Of a DNA stretch of 64,000 bases, positions 13,415 to 23,800 are shown piece after piece. This stretch comes from Blastocatellia bacterium (GTDB lineage Bacteria > Acidobacteriota > Blastocatellia > UBA7656): positions 64,001 to 128,000 of the forward strand of contig CAVXWP010000001.1 in NCBI GenBank assembly GCA_963765495.1. Direction: 5' to 3'. A model generated the notes under the pieces. It did no database searches. It worked only from the letters and a program-made list of their open reading frames with translations, and was not told the origin of the DNA. The number at the start of each line of letters is the position of its first letter. Positions within the stretch are counted from its first letter, which is position 1. Position numbers and translations under genes: made by a program.

Positions 13415-13441
13415 CTAGCACTCTCCAGCCAAGACTGCTAA
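13415..13441 (-). promoter_or_regulatory. CIRCE operator (HrcA binding site)
   Basis: CTAGCACTC-N9-GACTGCTAA versus consensus TTAGCACTC-N9-GAGTGCTAA, directly upstream of groES. Confidence 0.9.
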
Positions 13442-13469
13442 TTATATTTTCTGATCAGGCTTCTGTCAA
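13441..13469 (-). promoter_or_regulatory. Sigma70 promoter of groESL
   Basis: Minus strand TTGACA-17 nt-TATAAT, a perfect consensus, abutting the CIRCE. Confidence 0.9.
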
Positions 13470-13521
13470 CAATTTGCGGGGATTTGCAGGAAAAATAACA
13501 AACTTTTCAGGGCAGGACTCT

Positions 13522-14532
13522 TTAGGGCAGGCGGTCGAGGGCTTGCGCCTGAACTGCCGTAATGGCTACGGCGTCACGGATATCTTCGGCCTTGCACCCA
13601 CGAGAGAGATCATTAGCGGGGCGGGCCAGACCCTGGAGGATCGGTCCGATGGCCGTAGCGCCGCCGAGTCTCTCGACGAGCTTATAGGCGATATTGCCCG
13701 CTTCAAGGTTTGGGAAAATCAGGGTATTAGCGCGCCCGGTAAGTGGGCTGCCCGCCGCTTTGCTCGAAGCGACCAGAGGCACAAGCGCGGCATCAACCTG
13801 CAATTCTCCATCAATCAGCAACTCGGGCTCGCGGGCTCGCGCGGTCCTTGTTGCTTCGACTACCTTATCCACGAGGGGGCTGTTTGCGCTGCCTTTGGTT
13901 GAAAATGAGAGCATGGCAACTTTTGGTTCTTCTTCGAGCAAGGCTCGCGCCGAATCCGCAGAGGCGATGGCGATCTCAGCAAGCTCGGCAGCCGAAGGGG
14001 CGATTACGACTCCGCAATCGGCGAAGATGAGTGCCCCGCCGGGAACAAAAGGATTATTCGGAATGACCATAAGAAAGAAGCTGGAAACGATTCTGAGACC
14101 GGGTCTGGGACCTATCGCGCGCAGGGCCGCGCCAACCGTGTGCCCGGTGGTATGAGTTGCCCCTGACAGACTGCCATCGGCATCTTTTTCTCTGACCATC
14201 ATATTCCCAAAATAGAGAGGGTCTTCCATTTGTTGATGCGCTTCTTCGGCGGTAACGCCCTTTGCACGGCGCGCTTCGTAGAAACGCGCGGCATAACGCA
14301 CGCGTTCCGGTGATCGCCTGTTATCGAGTATCGAAACGCCTGTGAGGGTGACCCCCATCCGAGCAGCCTTTTCGCGTATAATTTCTTCTCTGCCGAGAAG
14401 CGTGATGCGGGCAGTTTGTTCGGCCACACACAAAGAGGCGGCTTGAATGATGCGTTCATCTTCGCCTTCGGGCAATACGATGTGCTTGGGGTCGGCAGCG
14501 GCACGCGCTCGAATCCGTTCCATCACCTGCAT
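13522..14532 (-). CDS. pta: Phosphate acetyltransferase
   Basis: [53 protein letters not shown]. Confidence 0.95.
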   Translation of the reverse strand: MQVMERIRARAAADPKHIVLPEGEDERIIQAASLCVAEQTARITLLGREEIIREKAARMGVTLTGVSILDNRRSPERVRYAARFYEARRAKGVTAEEAHQQMEDPLYFGNMMVREKDADGSLSGATHTTGHTVGAALRAIGPRPGLRIVSSFFLMVIPNNPFVPGGALIFADCGVVIAPSAAELAEIAIASADSARALLEEEPKVAMLSFSTKGSANSPLVDKVVEATRTARAREPELLIDGELQVDAALVPLVASSKAAGSPLTGRANTLIFPNLEAGNIAYKLVERLGGATAIGPILQGLARPANDLSRGCKAEDIRDAVAITAVQAQALDRLP

Positions 14533-14610
14533 GGTTTAGGCGATCCTCCAGAGGAAAATTCAAAAGAGGGATTGTATATGATTATGAATGTTTGGGCGAG
14601 TAAGGAGAAT

Positions 14611-14707
14611 GTGATTCGTGAAGAGTGATGCGTGATTCTTAAGATAGCCTGTCTGTTAATGATAACTTGCGAGTCTGGTAAATCACGCATCACTCTTCAC
14701 GAATCGC
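14611..14707. repeat. Family A heptamer-armed hairpin element (core in opposite orientation)
   Basis: gtgattcgtgaagagtgatgcgtgatt ... aatcacgcatcactcttcacgaatcgc. Confidence 0.85.
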
Positions 14708-14842
14708 GAAAAATATAACCGCAGCGCCCGTGACTGAAACTGAGCTTAGATTTGCGCGCGAACTCTCCCCAATTCACACGCCCCTCGCCCGACCCTTTGC
14801 CACCGGGGGCTGCGGTATCCCGCTAGAACTTGTCTGACTCAA

Positions 14843-15616
14843 TCAGTCGCCGTCGTTTCTCGTGCCGCGAACCGGATTGTCGCCGGGGTTGGATGTCACT
14901 TCGCTAAAGAGTATGTCGGTAAGATCAAGCCCTTCACGGCGGTCTATGTCGCGTTCAAGCGTCTTTATCCGGGTGCGTTGCTGCTGGATCTGCGCGGCGA
15001 GTTTCGCCAGATCGGATGCGTTCATGTCCTTGAGTTTTGCTTCGAGGCTTACGAGTTGCGTCTTTAGCTCCTCTGTTTGATTGCGGTCGCTTTCCAAAAT
15101 CAGGTGGTTGACTATCTGTTCTACCTCAGCCCGAGACATCTCTTGTCTGGCGGGCGCGGGTGAAACGGGTTGAGGCAGAGAGCCGCTTTCTACACCGGCG
15201 GATTTCCCAAGCCGGAATATATCGGCGCGCACTGAAAGGCCGTCCCTGCCCGCTTTTACTTCGATTCCAAGTACGGCAAACACAACCAGGGCCATCGCCA
15301 CAGTGCCGAAGGCTTTTGCCCATACGGGCATCACTGTAAACAATTCTTTAAACACCGCAAGAGCCGACCGCCGGCCCGCTTCATCGCCAGAGGTTGCGAT
15401 GCGAACGCCGGGCAGTTCGTCGAGCTGCCATTGCTGTAGCATCCCACGCACGTTTTCGAAAGCCGCGATCTCCTTCTCACAGGCGGCGCACTCTTTGAGA
15501 TGCATTTCGACGCGATGGCTCTCCTCCGGCGTCGCTTCACCATAGAGGTAAGCCACGAGCGCTTCGTGCATGTTGCAATTTGGGGTCTTGTTGTTTTCGA
15601 TCATGTTCTTGCTCAC
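14843..15616 (-). CDS. Zinc-binding anti-sigma factor (zf-HC2) with TM segment and coiled coil
   Basis: LVAYLYGE...HLKECAAC (HxxxCxxC), one TM helix, downstream of an ECF sigma. Confidence 0.88.
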   Translation of the reverse strand: MSKNMIENNKTPNCNMHEALVAYLYGEATPEESHRVEMHLKECAACEKEIAAFENVRGMLQQWQLDELPGVRIATSGDEAGRRSALAVFKELFTVMPVWAKAFGTVAMALVVFAVLGIEVKAGRDGLSVRADIFRLGKSAGVESGSLPQPVSPAPARQEMSRAEVEQIVNHLILESDRNQTEELKTQLVSLEAKLKDMNASDLAKLAAQIQQQRTRIKTLERDIDRREGLDLTDILFSEVTSNPGDNPVRGTRNDGD

Positions 15617-15651
15617 TTCTGTCGTAGTATTCGGTACCCGGGGCGATCTGT

Positions 15652-16215
15652 TTAAATCGCTTCTCTCAGGTGCTCGAGCCTCTTTCTGAGTTCTGTCAAT
15701 CCTGTATACATACGGGTCTTCACGGTCGAGAGCGGTATGCCAAGTATCTCGGCTATCTCGACGAATTTCAGCCCCTCGTATTCCTTCATTATGATCACCT
15801 GTCGCATATCGGCGGGCAGCCCTTGAAGCGCGCGGCGAACGTGCCGGGCTACCTGTGCCTGTTGAACGCCTGCGCTCAAATCCTCAGTTTCGTCCGACAA
15901 TTCGAAACCGGCTGTTTCTCTGCGCTCGTCAAGCGATATGGTCACCTTCGATCTGCTTCTGAGCCGCGTATTGCAGATGTTGAGCGCGATGCGATAAATC
16001 CAGGATGAAAATTTTGCCTCGCCTCTAAATTTCGACAGATTGCGATATGCCGACAGAAAGGTTTCCTGCGTCGCGTCTTTGGCCTCTTCGTCACGCCCAA
16101 GCATGCGAAGAGTGAGCCCATATATTTGCCGCTCCCATCGGCGCACCAGATAGTTGAAAGCTTCTGGCTCGCCTGCGAGTGTGCGTTCTATGATTTGACT
16201 GTCGCTCAAATCCAA
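15652..16215 (-). CDS. ECF RNA polymerase sigma factor (SigW/RpoE-like)
   Basis: [39 protein letters not shown]. Confidence 0.92.
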   Translation of the reverse strand: MDLSDSQIIERTLAGEPEAFNYLVRRWERQIYGLTLRMLGRDEEAKDATQETFLSAYRNLSKFRGEAKFSSWIYRIALNICNTRLRSRSKVTISLDERRETAGFELSDETEDLSAGVQQAQVARHVRRALQGLPADMRQVIIMKEYEGLKFVEIAEILGIPLSTVKTRMYTGLTELRKRLEHLREAI

Positions 16216-16431
16216 ACCTTTTGCGCCGCCTGGTCGAAGTTAGCCTCTGTCATCCGCTCCATTAGTATAGACTCAAATAGCGGTTGAAAAGTCGGAAAAT
16301 TATCTCTGTCCATTCAATGTGTCGCGATCCCGGCCAGAGTCGTAAAGTCGATTTGAAGCTATGGCCGCCCGTGGGAATGTAAACTATAATTCGCACGGGT
16401 TTGGGCTAATCAGCCAAAGAGGTGCGCGTCC

Positions 16432-16794
16432 GTGCCATTTAAGGCTTTACTCGAAAAACTTGTTTCAAGCGTTGAGGGGGGAAGGGGGGCTATCTTTCTC
16501 GATTCAAACGGTGAAGCCGTACAGTGGTGGACCGAAGATGACGGCGACCGCCTGCAATTAAGAGCGGCTTATATCGCCGTAGTCTTTGAAGCCAGCCGAG
16601 CCACAGCCCGGCGATTACAGAAAGAAAATGTGAGCCAGCTAATGATCGCCTACGACGGCGCGCAATTTGTGGTAGAACAAATCGAACAGGATTACCTCAT
16701 CATTCTGGAACTGGGTCTGGATGCCAATTTAGGTCAGGCGATACTTCACATGCAGCCGGTCGTAGAGAGCCTGCGCCGCGAAATAGCCGCATAA
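16432..16794 (+). CDS. Roadblock/LC7 (MglB-like) domain protein
   Basis: FKALLEKLVSSVEGGRGAIFLDSNGEAV...ANLGQA pattern, 120 aa. Confidence 0.75.
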   Translation: MPFKALLEKLVSSVEGGRGAIFLDSNGEAVQWWTEDDGDRLQLRAAYIAVVFEASRATARRLQKENVSQLMIAYDGAQFVVEQIEQDYLIILELGLDANLGQAILHMQPVVESLRREIAA

Positions 16795-16804
16795 CCTACG
16801 GCAG

Positions 16805-17866
16805 CTATCGATAATGCACGTTTATGCGAACTGGAACTCTGGTCAGGGTTATGGGGCGACCATCTATAGCTGCGGGTCTGAATTTGGAATGCTGTAAAGC
16901 ATCAATGGCCGATTCGGTCATGAAAGGAATGGGGTTTATAATCTCGATATCTGTTATCGTGCCGTTTGCCTGAAATGTCGCGCGCAGAAGCACCGTTCCC
17001 GACGATTTATTTGCCTGCGCCTCCGGGGTCACGACCGGAGTTGGGCGATATATCCAGGTAAACTGAGAAAACCCGGAAGGCTTGGTCAGGTTAAAAGGTA
17101 TCTCAGAGGGCACAAAATCCGGGCCGTTCGGGTTTCCCGCCGTCCGATTATTTCCCGGTCCGCCGCCGCTGCCCGGGCCGCTGCCTCCGCGCTTGCCGGG
17201 TCCCACGCCCTGGCCGTTACCGGGTCCCATTCCGCCGCCATCACCTGGGCCGGGTGAAGGGGGCGCATCAAATTTGGCATCCGGCAGTCCGTACTGAGTA
17301 TCAGGCGGAAGCGATGCGGTCTCGGGCCCGACTATCGTGGGAGGGACCGGAAGTGGAGGATTCGCGTTCTTCGGTGAAGTCGGGTGAACCATTGGAGGCA
17401 GCGATGCCATTTGAGGCACTACTCCTCCCGACGCAGGTCGTGGATCGTTTTTGCCTCCACCTCCGCCGGTGCCGTTCTCCCCTTTCGGTTGCTCCTTCGG
17501 AGCCGTTGGAGCGGGAGGGGTAGCGCCGGACGGAAGCATTTCAATTACTTCGAGGGGCGTGGAATTCAAATCTCTTTCGCCTGATTGATGCCAGCCCGCA
17601 ATGACTATTACCGCGATAAAGGCTATATGCGCCACAATCGCACAGGCAATGCCAAGATAAATCCGGCGGCGACGTTTGGCGTCTTTTGTGCCGGATAGGA
17701 ATATGTCGCGTATAAAGCCTGAAGGGTCGTTGCTGAATTCGTTTGCGGCGCGGGCAAGCTCTTCGCCGAGTCGCGACATCAGCCCTTTTTGCTCGATCAA
17801 GGAAAAAGGGAGAGCATCGGCGCGGACAGTCGTTTTGATAAACTCGTCTGTCGTTACAGCAGCCAT
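16805..17866 (-). CDS. TonB-family energy transducer, paralogue 2
   Basis: TM helix with His (VAHIAF), Pro/Gly-rich linker, C-terminal TPEAQ...GTVLLRATF...FRPAAIDGRP TonB_C. Confidence 0.82.
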   Translation of the reverse strand: MAAVTTDEFIKTTVRADALPFSLIEQKGLMSRLGEELARAANEFSNDPSGFIRDIFLSGTKDAKRRRRIYLGIACAIVAHIAFIAVIVIAGWHQSGERDLNSTPLEVIEMLPSGATPPAPTAPKEQPKGENGTGGGGGKNDPRPASGGVVPQMASLPPMVHPTSPKNANPPLPVPPTIVGPETASLPPDTQYGLPDAKFDAPPSPGPGDGGGMGPGNGQGVGPGKRGGSGPGSGGGPGNNRTAGNPNGPDFVPSEIPFNLTKPSGFSQFTWIYRPTPVVTPEAQANKSSGTVLLRATFQANGTITDIEIINPIPFMTESAIDALQHSKFRPAAIDGRPITLTRVPVRINVHYR

Positions 17867-17957
17867 ATCGGGTGAGTCATCCGAACGGAAGGGCGCTCAA
17901 ATTACACGAGGGCCGCGATCATCTACACAATCGCGGCCCTCAACCATCCGCAGGCAT

Positions 17958-18959
17958 TTACCGGAGATTGAACTCTATATCAATAGCCTGCCAGAATGCG
18001 ACAGGTTGACCATTCTTCATCGCCGGTTTGAATCGCAGTTGATAGGCAGCGCGTATGGCCTCTTCATCCAGCCCGTCGGGCAGGTGGCGCACTATCCTGA
18101 CGTTTTTGACCGCGCCATCTGCACTAATCAACACGCGTGCTCTTATGACGCCCTGAATCTTGTTCTTGCGCGCTTCTTCCGTGTAATTCGGGCGCGGACG
18201 GTTCAAAGGTATCGGCCCCTGATCTACGGAAGTGGCCGGCTCGTTGCGCGACCCGCCTCCGAGCGAAGGATCGCCGCCGCCCATGCCGTAGCCGTTGCCG
18301 GGACCAACACCGCGCCCATTGCCCGGACCCATGCCTCCGCCTGAGCCTGCGCCCATGCCGCCATCCGACCCCGGACCGGCAGAAGGCGGACCCGGCACGC
18401 CGTTGGGAAGACCCGTCGGCATCAGGTCGTCGCGCTTGGGTTCAAGTCTCGGGTCTACCTGCACCGTTTCAGGAACAGGCAACAGCGGTGGCTTGAGTTG
18501 AGGCTCGGGCCTCGGCGCGATGATAGGAGGTTGAAGCGAGAATTTGGGCAACTGGCCTTTGGATGGAGGCGTCGGTGTGTTGCGTCCGCCGCCGCCACCG
18601 CCGCCTGCTTTCTTGTCGGCCTTCGGAGCTTCGATAGGTTGCTGCTGCATGTCTATCGAAGGAAGCATCGCAATAAGCTCGTTTTCGTCAGTTATTTCTT
18701 TGGGCTTTGCCCTGACCGTCCACACGATCAGGATAGTGGCAAAGATGAGTGCATAAATCATTATGCCCATCGCCATGCCAAATCTGAACAGCATTTTTCG
18801 GCGATGACCTCCGGCACCGTCACGCTTGAAGGCACTTGTAATATATTCTTTAGGATTGTCGCGGAATTCGCGGCTGGCTTCTCCAAATTCGTATATCAAC
18901 CGCTTACCTATGGACGGCTGATTCAGGAAGGCGTCTGAAAATAATGCTCTTTCTGCCAT
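17958..18959 (-). CDS. TonB-family energy transducer, paralogue 1
   Basis: TM helix, GGGGGGG and GPG linker, PNYTEEARKNKIQG...LDEEAIRAA..FKPAMKNGQPV TonB_C; GGAGG before ATG 18959. Confidence 0.88.
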   Translation of the reverse strand: MAERALFSDAFLNQPSIGKRLIYEFGEASREFRDNPKEYITSAFKRDGAGGHRRKMLFRFGMAMGIMIYALIFATILIVWTVRAKPKEITDENELIAMLPSIDMQQQPIEAPKADKKAGGGGGGGRNTPTPPSKGQLPKFSLQPPIIAPRPEPQLKPPLLPVPETVQVDPRLEPKRDDLMPTGLPNGVPGPPSAGPGSDGGMGAGSGGGMGPGNGRGVGPGNGYGMGGGDPSLGGGSRNEPATSVDQGPIPLNRPRPNYTEEARKNKIQGVIRARVLISADGAVKNVRIVRHLPDGLDEEAIRAAYQLRFKPAMKNGQPVAFWQAIDIEFNLR

Positions 18960-19336
18960 ATCCTCCCCCCGGGAGCCCCACGCCGCAGCACATCTTGCGG
19001 GCATTTAAGGCTCAGAGGCAACAAGAGGGGTTATCCCCTCTACCTATTCTGATCGTGAACAATTCTCATACTTCATATACTGTAAATCAGAAGACACGCT
19101 CAATATATTCTCCCTTGACGGTCTTGCCGGTGTCAAGGTTTTAATTTTTGGCCTGTCGCTTTTGTGTTTACGCATTGAATGCGCCTGGTGGTTTCCATTC
19201 AACTGTTCCGGTCTTCATGATTTCCTGCCACCTTCAGAATGATAAACCTGATCCGACTTGCAAAATAGTTTCCCTTTGGACCACCCCTTCCTTAGTGTAT
19301 CGAGTGCGCCTGAAAGATGCCCACGGCACGGAAAAA

Positions 19337-19487
19337 GTATGCAGTAGACAGTAGGCAGTTGATACTGAGCCGTCGGGTACTCCTAAAGAGTGCACTGGGC
19401 ATGCATATGAATAGGTGGTACCCAACTCCGTTACTGCCTACTGCCTACTGCATACTGCATACTGCCTACTGCATACTGCCTACTGCC
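19337..19487. repeat. Family E hairpin element with (ACTGCCT/ACTGCAT)n heptamer arms
   Basis: Left arm gtatgcagtagacagtaggcagt; right arm eight actgc(c/a)t units; interior gggtac...gtaccc also self-complementary; contains the stop codon of the 19480..20616 gene. Confidence 0.85.
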
Positions 19488-20616
19488 CGCGTGGCTCATA
19501 GCGCAAGACTATGCCATTCAGACCCGTGGCCCAGCCTGCGTGGTCGTTGACGAATCTGATGTCGAGGAGGCGTACGGGAAGAGGTGAGCCTATGTTGAGC
19601 CATTCTTCGCCGCCATCGGGGGTATAGAGCATCATTCCCTCATCGCCCACTGCCCAGCCTCGATTGCGATCAATGAAGTAGATGTCGCGTACGACGAATT
19701 CATCCTTAACCTGGTAGAGCTTTTTCCATGTGCGCCCGCCATCTTCGGTCTTTACCATTCGCCCGCTGCGGCCTACGAGCCAGCCGGTGTTTTCGTCCGC
19801 AAAGAAGATAGCCCGAAAGACAAGCTCGTACCGGTTGGATTGCATCTTAATCCAGTTGATCCCGCCATCGACCGTCTTGTAGAAGCTCCCATCGTTGATG
19901 CTGGCCCAGGCGTGCAGTGTGTCCAGAAAGAAGATTGTCGAAACGTTTTGCTCGAATGGAAAAGGGATTTCATTCCAGTTCTGCCCGCCATCAATCGTAG
20001 TCAGAAAGACGCCGGGTTGCTCGGCGTACTCGTCTTTACGCCCGCCGCCCCAGGCCCATCCGTGAGTGGCGTCGGCAAAGTACAACTGGTCGAGTTGTTC
20101 GGGCTGGTCCATCACAGGATTGCGCCGGTTGCCAATCAGCTTGAGTTTGACCGTGCCGGCCTTGCGTTGCAGTGGCCAGGTCGCGCCGCCGTCGGAGCTA
20201 TGAAGAATATCGCGGTCAATCGTCAGCGCCCACCCTGTTTGCGGGTTCACAAACCAGACGGATCGAATCTTGTACTTTAGCTGATCCGGCATCGGTTGCC
20301 AGGTCAGACCGCCGTCGGTTGTCTGAAGCACTTCGAAACCCTGATTCTCTTTGAGCGGGTCTTTGAGCTTTTCGCCCGGTTTTACGGAAGCAATATTCGC
20401 GTTTATGTTTCCGTTTTCGTCTACGGGGATGGAGCTGCGGTCCGACTGGCCGTTGACCCAGCCTGTGTTTTCATTGACAAAGCAGATGCTATAAAAAGCG
20501 TCGCCGGTTTCAGTATCCTGATAAGACCATGTTCCCGGCGCTTTGGGCGGAGAGCATGCGGAAGCAAGCAGAATCGCAGTTGCGAGCAGAGCTGTCAAAA
20601 ATCGGGTTCTATGCAT
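19480..20616 (-). CDS. YCF48/BNR-repeat beta-propeller lipoprotein
   Basis: LASAC lipobox; repeated F.d...GW and T.DGG.tW Asp-box motifs. Confidence 0.88.
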   Translation of the reverse strand: MHRTRFLTALLATAILLASACSPPKAPGTWSYQDTETGDAFYSICFVNENTGWVNGQSDRSSIPVDENGNINANIASVKPGEKLKDPLKENQGFEVLQTTDGGLTWQPMPDQLKYKIRSVWFVNPQTGWALTIDRDILHSSDGGATWPLQRKAGTVKLKLIGNRRNPVMDQPEQLDQLYFADATHGWAWGGGRKDEYAEQPGVFLTTIDGGQNWNEIPFPFEQNVSTIFFLDTLHAWASINDGSFYKTVDGGINWIKMQSNRYELVFRAIFFADENTGWLVGRSGRMVKTEDGGRTWKKLYQVKDEFVVRDIYFIDRNRGWAVGDEGMMLYTPDGGEEWLNIGSPLPVRLLDIRFVNDHAGWATGLNGIVLRYEPRGQ

Positions 20617-20735
20617 TCAATAATCCTTTGCTTGGCCTTTGCTGGTCTGAAGCCTGGCGAAGGGCAGTCCTCATTCCACCAGAAAAGATTCTAGCATTGC
20701 AGCGCGAGTCTATAAAAATGGATTGATATGAGAGT

Positions 20736-20838
20736 GTGATTCGTGATGCGTGACGCGTGAAAAAGATTTAGACAGAATTGCCAGGATTTTTTCAAACCTC
20801 TTTCAGAAATCTTGTTAATCCTGTTAATCCTGTCTAAA
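20736..20838. repeat. Family A half-arm fused to a family B nonamer-armed hairpin
   Basis: gtgattcgtgatgcgtgacgcgtga followed by tttagacagaattgccaggatt ... aatcttgttaatcctgttaatcctgtctaaa. Confidence 0.8.
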
Positions 20839-20853
20839 GATCCAACTCATTCT

Positions 20854-23800
20854 CTACTGAACGACCTTGATGACAGCCGTATTCGACCGTCCGCCGTCGC
20901 GGTTGCGCGCCGTAAGCGATAGAGTTCCGGGAGTGGCGATCAATTGGGCAGGTATGCGGGCTGTTATTTGAGTATCGCTTACAAAGACGGTTTGTACTTC
21001 GACTTCATTTATGATCAGGACGATGCCCGGCTTGAATTCCAGCCCGCCAATAGCTATTTCGACCGCGATTGCACCGACCTTTATCTTTTTTGGCAATCGC
21101 GTTAAGAGGGGGCCGTTTTCTATGGTCAGGGTGACGGCATTTGACTGATTGGTGTCGGCGTTTATCACCCGCACTTCAAGCAGAGCCGCGCGCTCGAAAT
21201 ATTTGTCGGGCACAGAGGCTTTCAGTGAATCTCGCGCGCCGAAAATGGTTTCAACCTTCTCGCCTCCGATTGTGATCACAGCGCCTCGCTCGAATCGCTC
21301 GCCCGTGATTGCTATCTCGATATTCTTAGCCCTGGTTCCGATTCTATCAGGCGTGACCAGAGCGATGTGCGGCGGGTCATCAACTATCAGGAATTTTGCG
21401 GCACTCGATAATTCGCCTCTGGGATTCTGCACGTGAACCTCCGTCGCTCCGCCTTCGGAAATCAATTCGGCGCTTATCTGAGTCGTGATTTTTGCGTCAG
21501 ACAGATACGCGGTCTCAAGCGATGCCTGACCGAAAATCACCCTGGCGCCCGGCAAAAAATTTGCCCCTGAAATCATTAACGTAAAGCCGCTCGATCCTGC
21601 GTGAACGCTTGCGGGCGACATCTTTTGAATACTCGGTTTTGTAGTGAAGGGTTTGCCGGTTGTCTTTGTGCCGGGCGAAAACAACCGCCCGGTTACGGCT
21701 ATGGCCCTGTGCGGCGAGAAAATGCGACCGTCCATATCGGGATCGCGATTCAAAGACTGGTCGGCATTGCCTTCACGGGAACCGAACTTTATCTCTTGAA
21801 TGATATGCCCCCGATTGTCTTCCAGCTTGATAGTGTCGCCGCCGTTATTTAGCGATAGCCCGCCCGATGAAGCTTTGAATACCAGCTTGTTTTCAGCCGC
21901 GTTCCCAAATGGGCCTGTTGGTCTGCCTCCGCCGAATACGACCACGGCTTCGAAGGGAGGCACTATGGTTCCATCTGCGAAAACGTGTCTGATCGAATCG
22001 GCGTCAGAGAGCTTGAACCCCGAAATCTCTATGGGCGCGGCCGTGCGATTCAGTATTTCGACGAACTCATCCTGAGATGAACTGCGCGTGCCGTCGCCGT
22101 TTGCATCGCCTTCATCTCCATTAGCCGGGTCGGCCAGATACTCGTTGATTACGAGCGGGTCTTTGATCAAGACCTTGAAATCCGCGCTGTTTGAAACACC
22201 TGTATCCGGGTTTACGACTATGATCGGAACATTGCCCGCGACCTGTAAGAATCGAGCAGGCAGCCGGGCTTCAATTTGCCCGCTGTTTATAAACGTGGCG
22301 TCGAGATTCGATCTGAATTGAAAATTTTCAATAACGTAAACCAGAGCGCCCGGCTCAAATTTTTCTCCGCTTATCGTGATGGTCAGATCATCGTTGCCTT
22401 CGATAACGGATTCCGGCTCTATCGAATAGACAAACGGCGCAACAGGTAGAACGCGAAACGCCGCTTCGTTTGAAACGCTTCCGTCGCCGTTTACGACTTT
22501 CACACTTCGCAAACCAATGTCGGTGATGAGCGATGCCGAAACATGAGCTTGCAACTGAGCGGCCGAGATGAAATCGGTCTCAACAGGTGTTTGACCGAAT
22601 ACAACCATCGCGCTCTCCAGAAAATGCGCGCCCGCCACGGTGAGGATAAATCCCGGATCGCCTGAGCTTGCCTGCTCGGGGCTTATCGCGGTGATTTGCG
22701 ATGTCGGCAGTGCTATCTGAAGGCCTCGCGTATTCGATAGCTGCCCGTCGCCGTTGCGCACGCGAATGCTATGAGAGCCGGTCGTCGCGGTGACGGTCGC
22801 GGGCAGGGTCGCTTGAAGCTCGCCCGCGTTCAAATACGTAGTCGCTACACTCGAATCGTCAACGAGCACCACCGATGATGTGACGAAATTTTCACCTGCA
22901 ATGAATATCCTTGAAATGCTGCCCGTTAAAATCACGCCCGGCAGCACGGACCTGATCACGGGCGGCGGCGGAATTATAAAGAGCTTCGCTTCATTCGAGC
23001 GATTGCCGCCCGTGTTGCGGACTCTGACCGGATGGTCTCCGGCAACCACGCGAACGTTTGCGGGAACGAGGGCGATCAATTCGCTCTCGCTCACAAACAT
23101 AGTCGCAACCGGGATTGAATCTATCAGCGCGACCGAATCTGCCTCAAATCCGCTCCCCCGAATCGAGAGATCGAAAGGCTCGCTTCCAAGATTTATGCTC
23201 TCAGGATCAAGTTGCGAAATGCGCGGCCCCGTCGTGAAGGGTGAGCCGTTCAACTGCGCGCCGGGCGAGAAGAGCCTGCCGCCGCTCGCGGTTATCGTAG
23301 AGTGCGGGGCAAAGATAATGCCCAGAATGTCGGGATTACGATTGATGGATTGATTGGCATTGCCTTCGACCGAGCCGTATTGAATCGCTTCGAGGATGTT
23401 GCCCCCGTTGTCTTTGAGCGTGATCGTATCGCCGCCGTTATTGAGCGAGAGCGAGGCAGTGAATACCAGCCCGTTGGAAGCGGCGTTGCCGAATTCGCCC
23501 GCAGGCACGCCCCCGCCAAAGATGATCGCCGCTTCGCCCGCAGGAATCGATGTGCTTGCCGGAAAGGTGAATCGAGTCTGCGCGGCATCGCTTACGGTAA
23601 ACCCGCCGACGCCAAGCGGAACGCTTGCGCGATTGACGACCTCTACAAATTCGTCCTGCGCAGAGTCGCGTATGCCGTCGCCGTTTGCGTCACCCGCTGC
23701 TCCATCGGGCGGGTCGGCGAGGTATTCGTTTATGCCTACGCGGCTCAGGACGGTAAACGTGACGGCGTTTGAAATTATCTGGTCAGGGTTTTCGACCGTG

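Noticed and set aside
17150-18420. GC-rich quasi-repeats within the TonB genes
   Set aside because: Explained by Gly/Pro-rich linker codons, not independent DNA elements.
19113-19330. Possible riboswitch or operator upstream of the TonB pair (CCTTGAC-N12-GTCAAGG; ggtggtttcc...ggaccacc)
   Set aside because: I could not match cobalamin, TPP or c-di-GMP consensus elements by eye, and the palindrome occurs once; needs an Rfam search.
19337-19487. CRISPR array interpretation of this and other tandem repeats
   Set aside because: Units are 7-9 nt without unique spacers, and there are no cas genes in the window.
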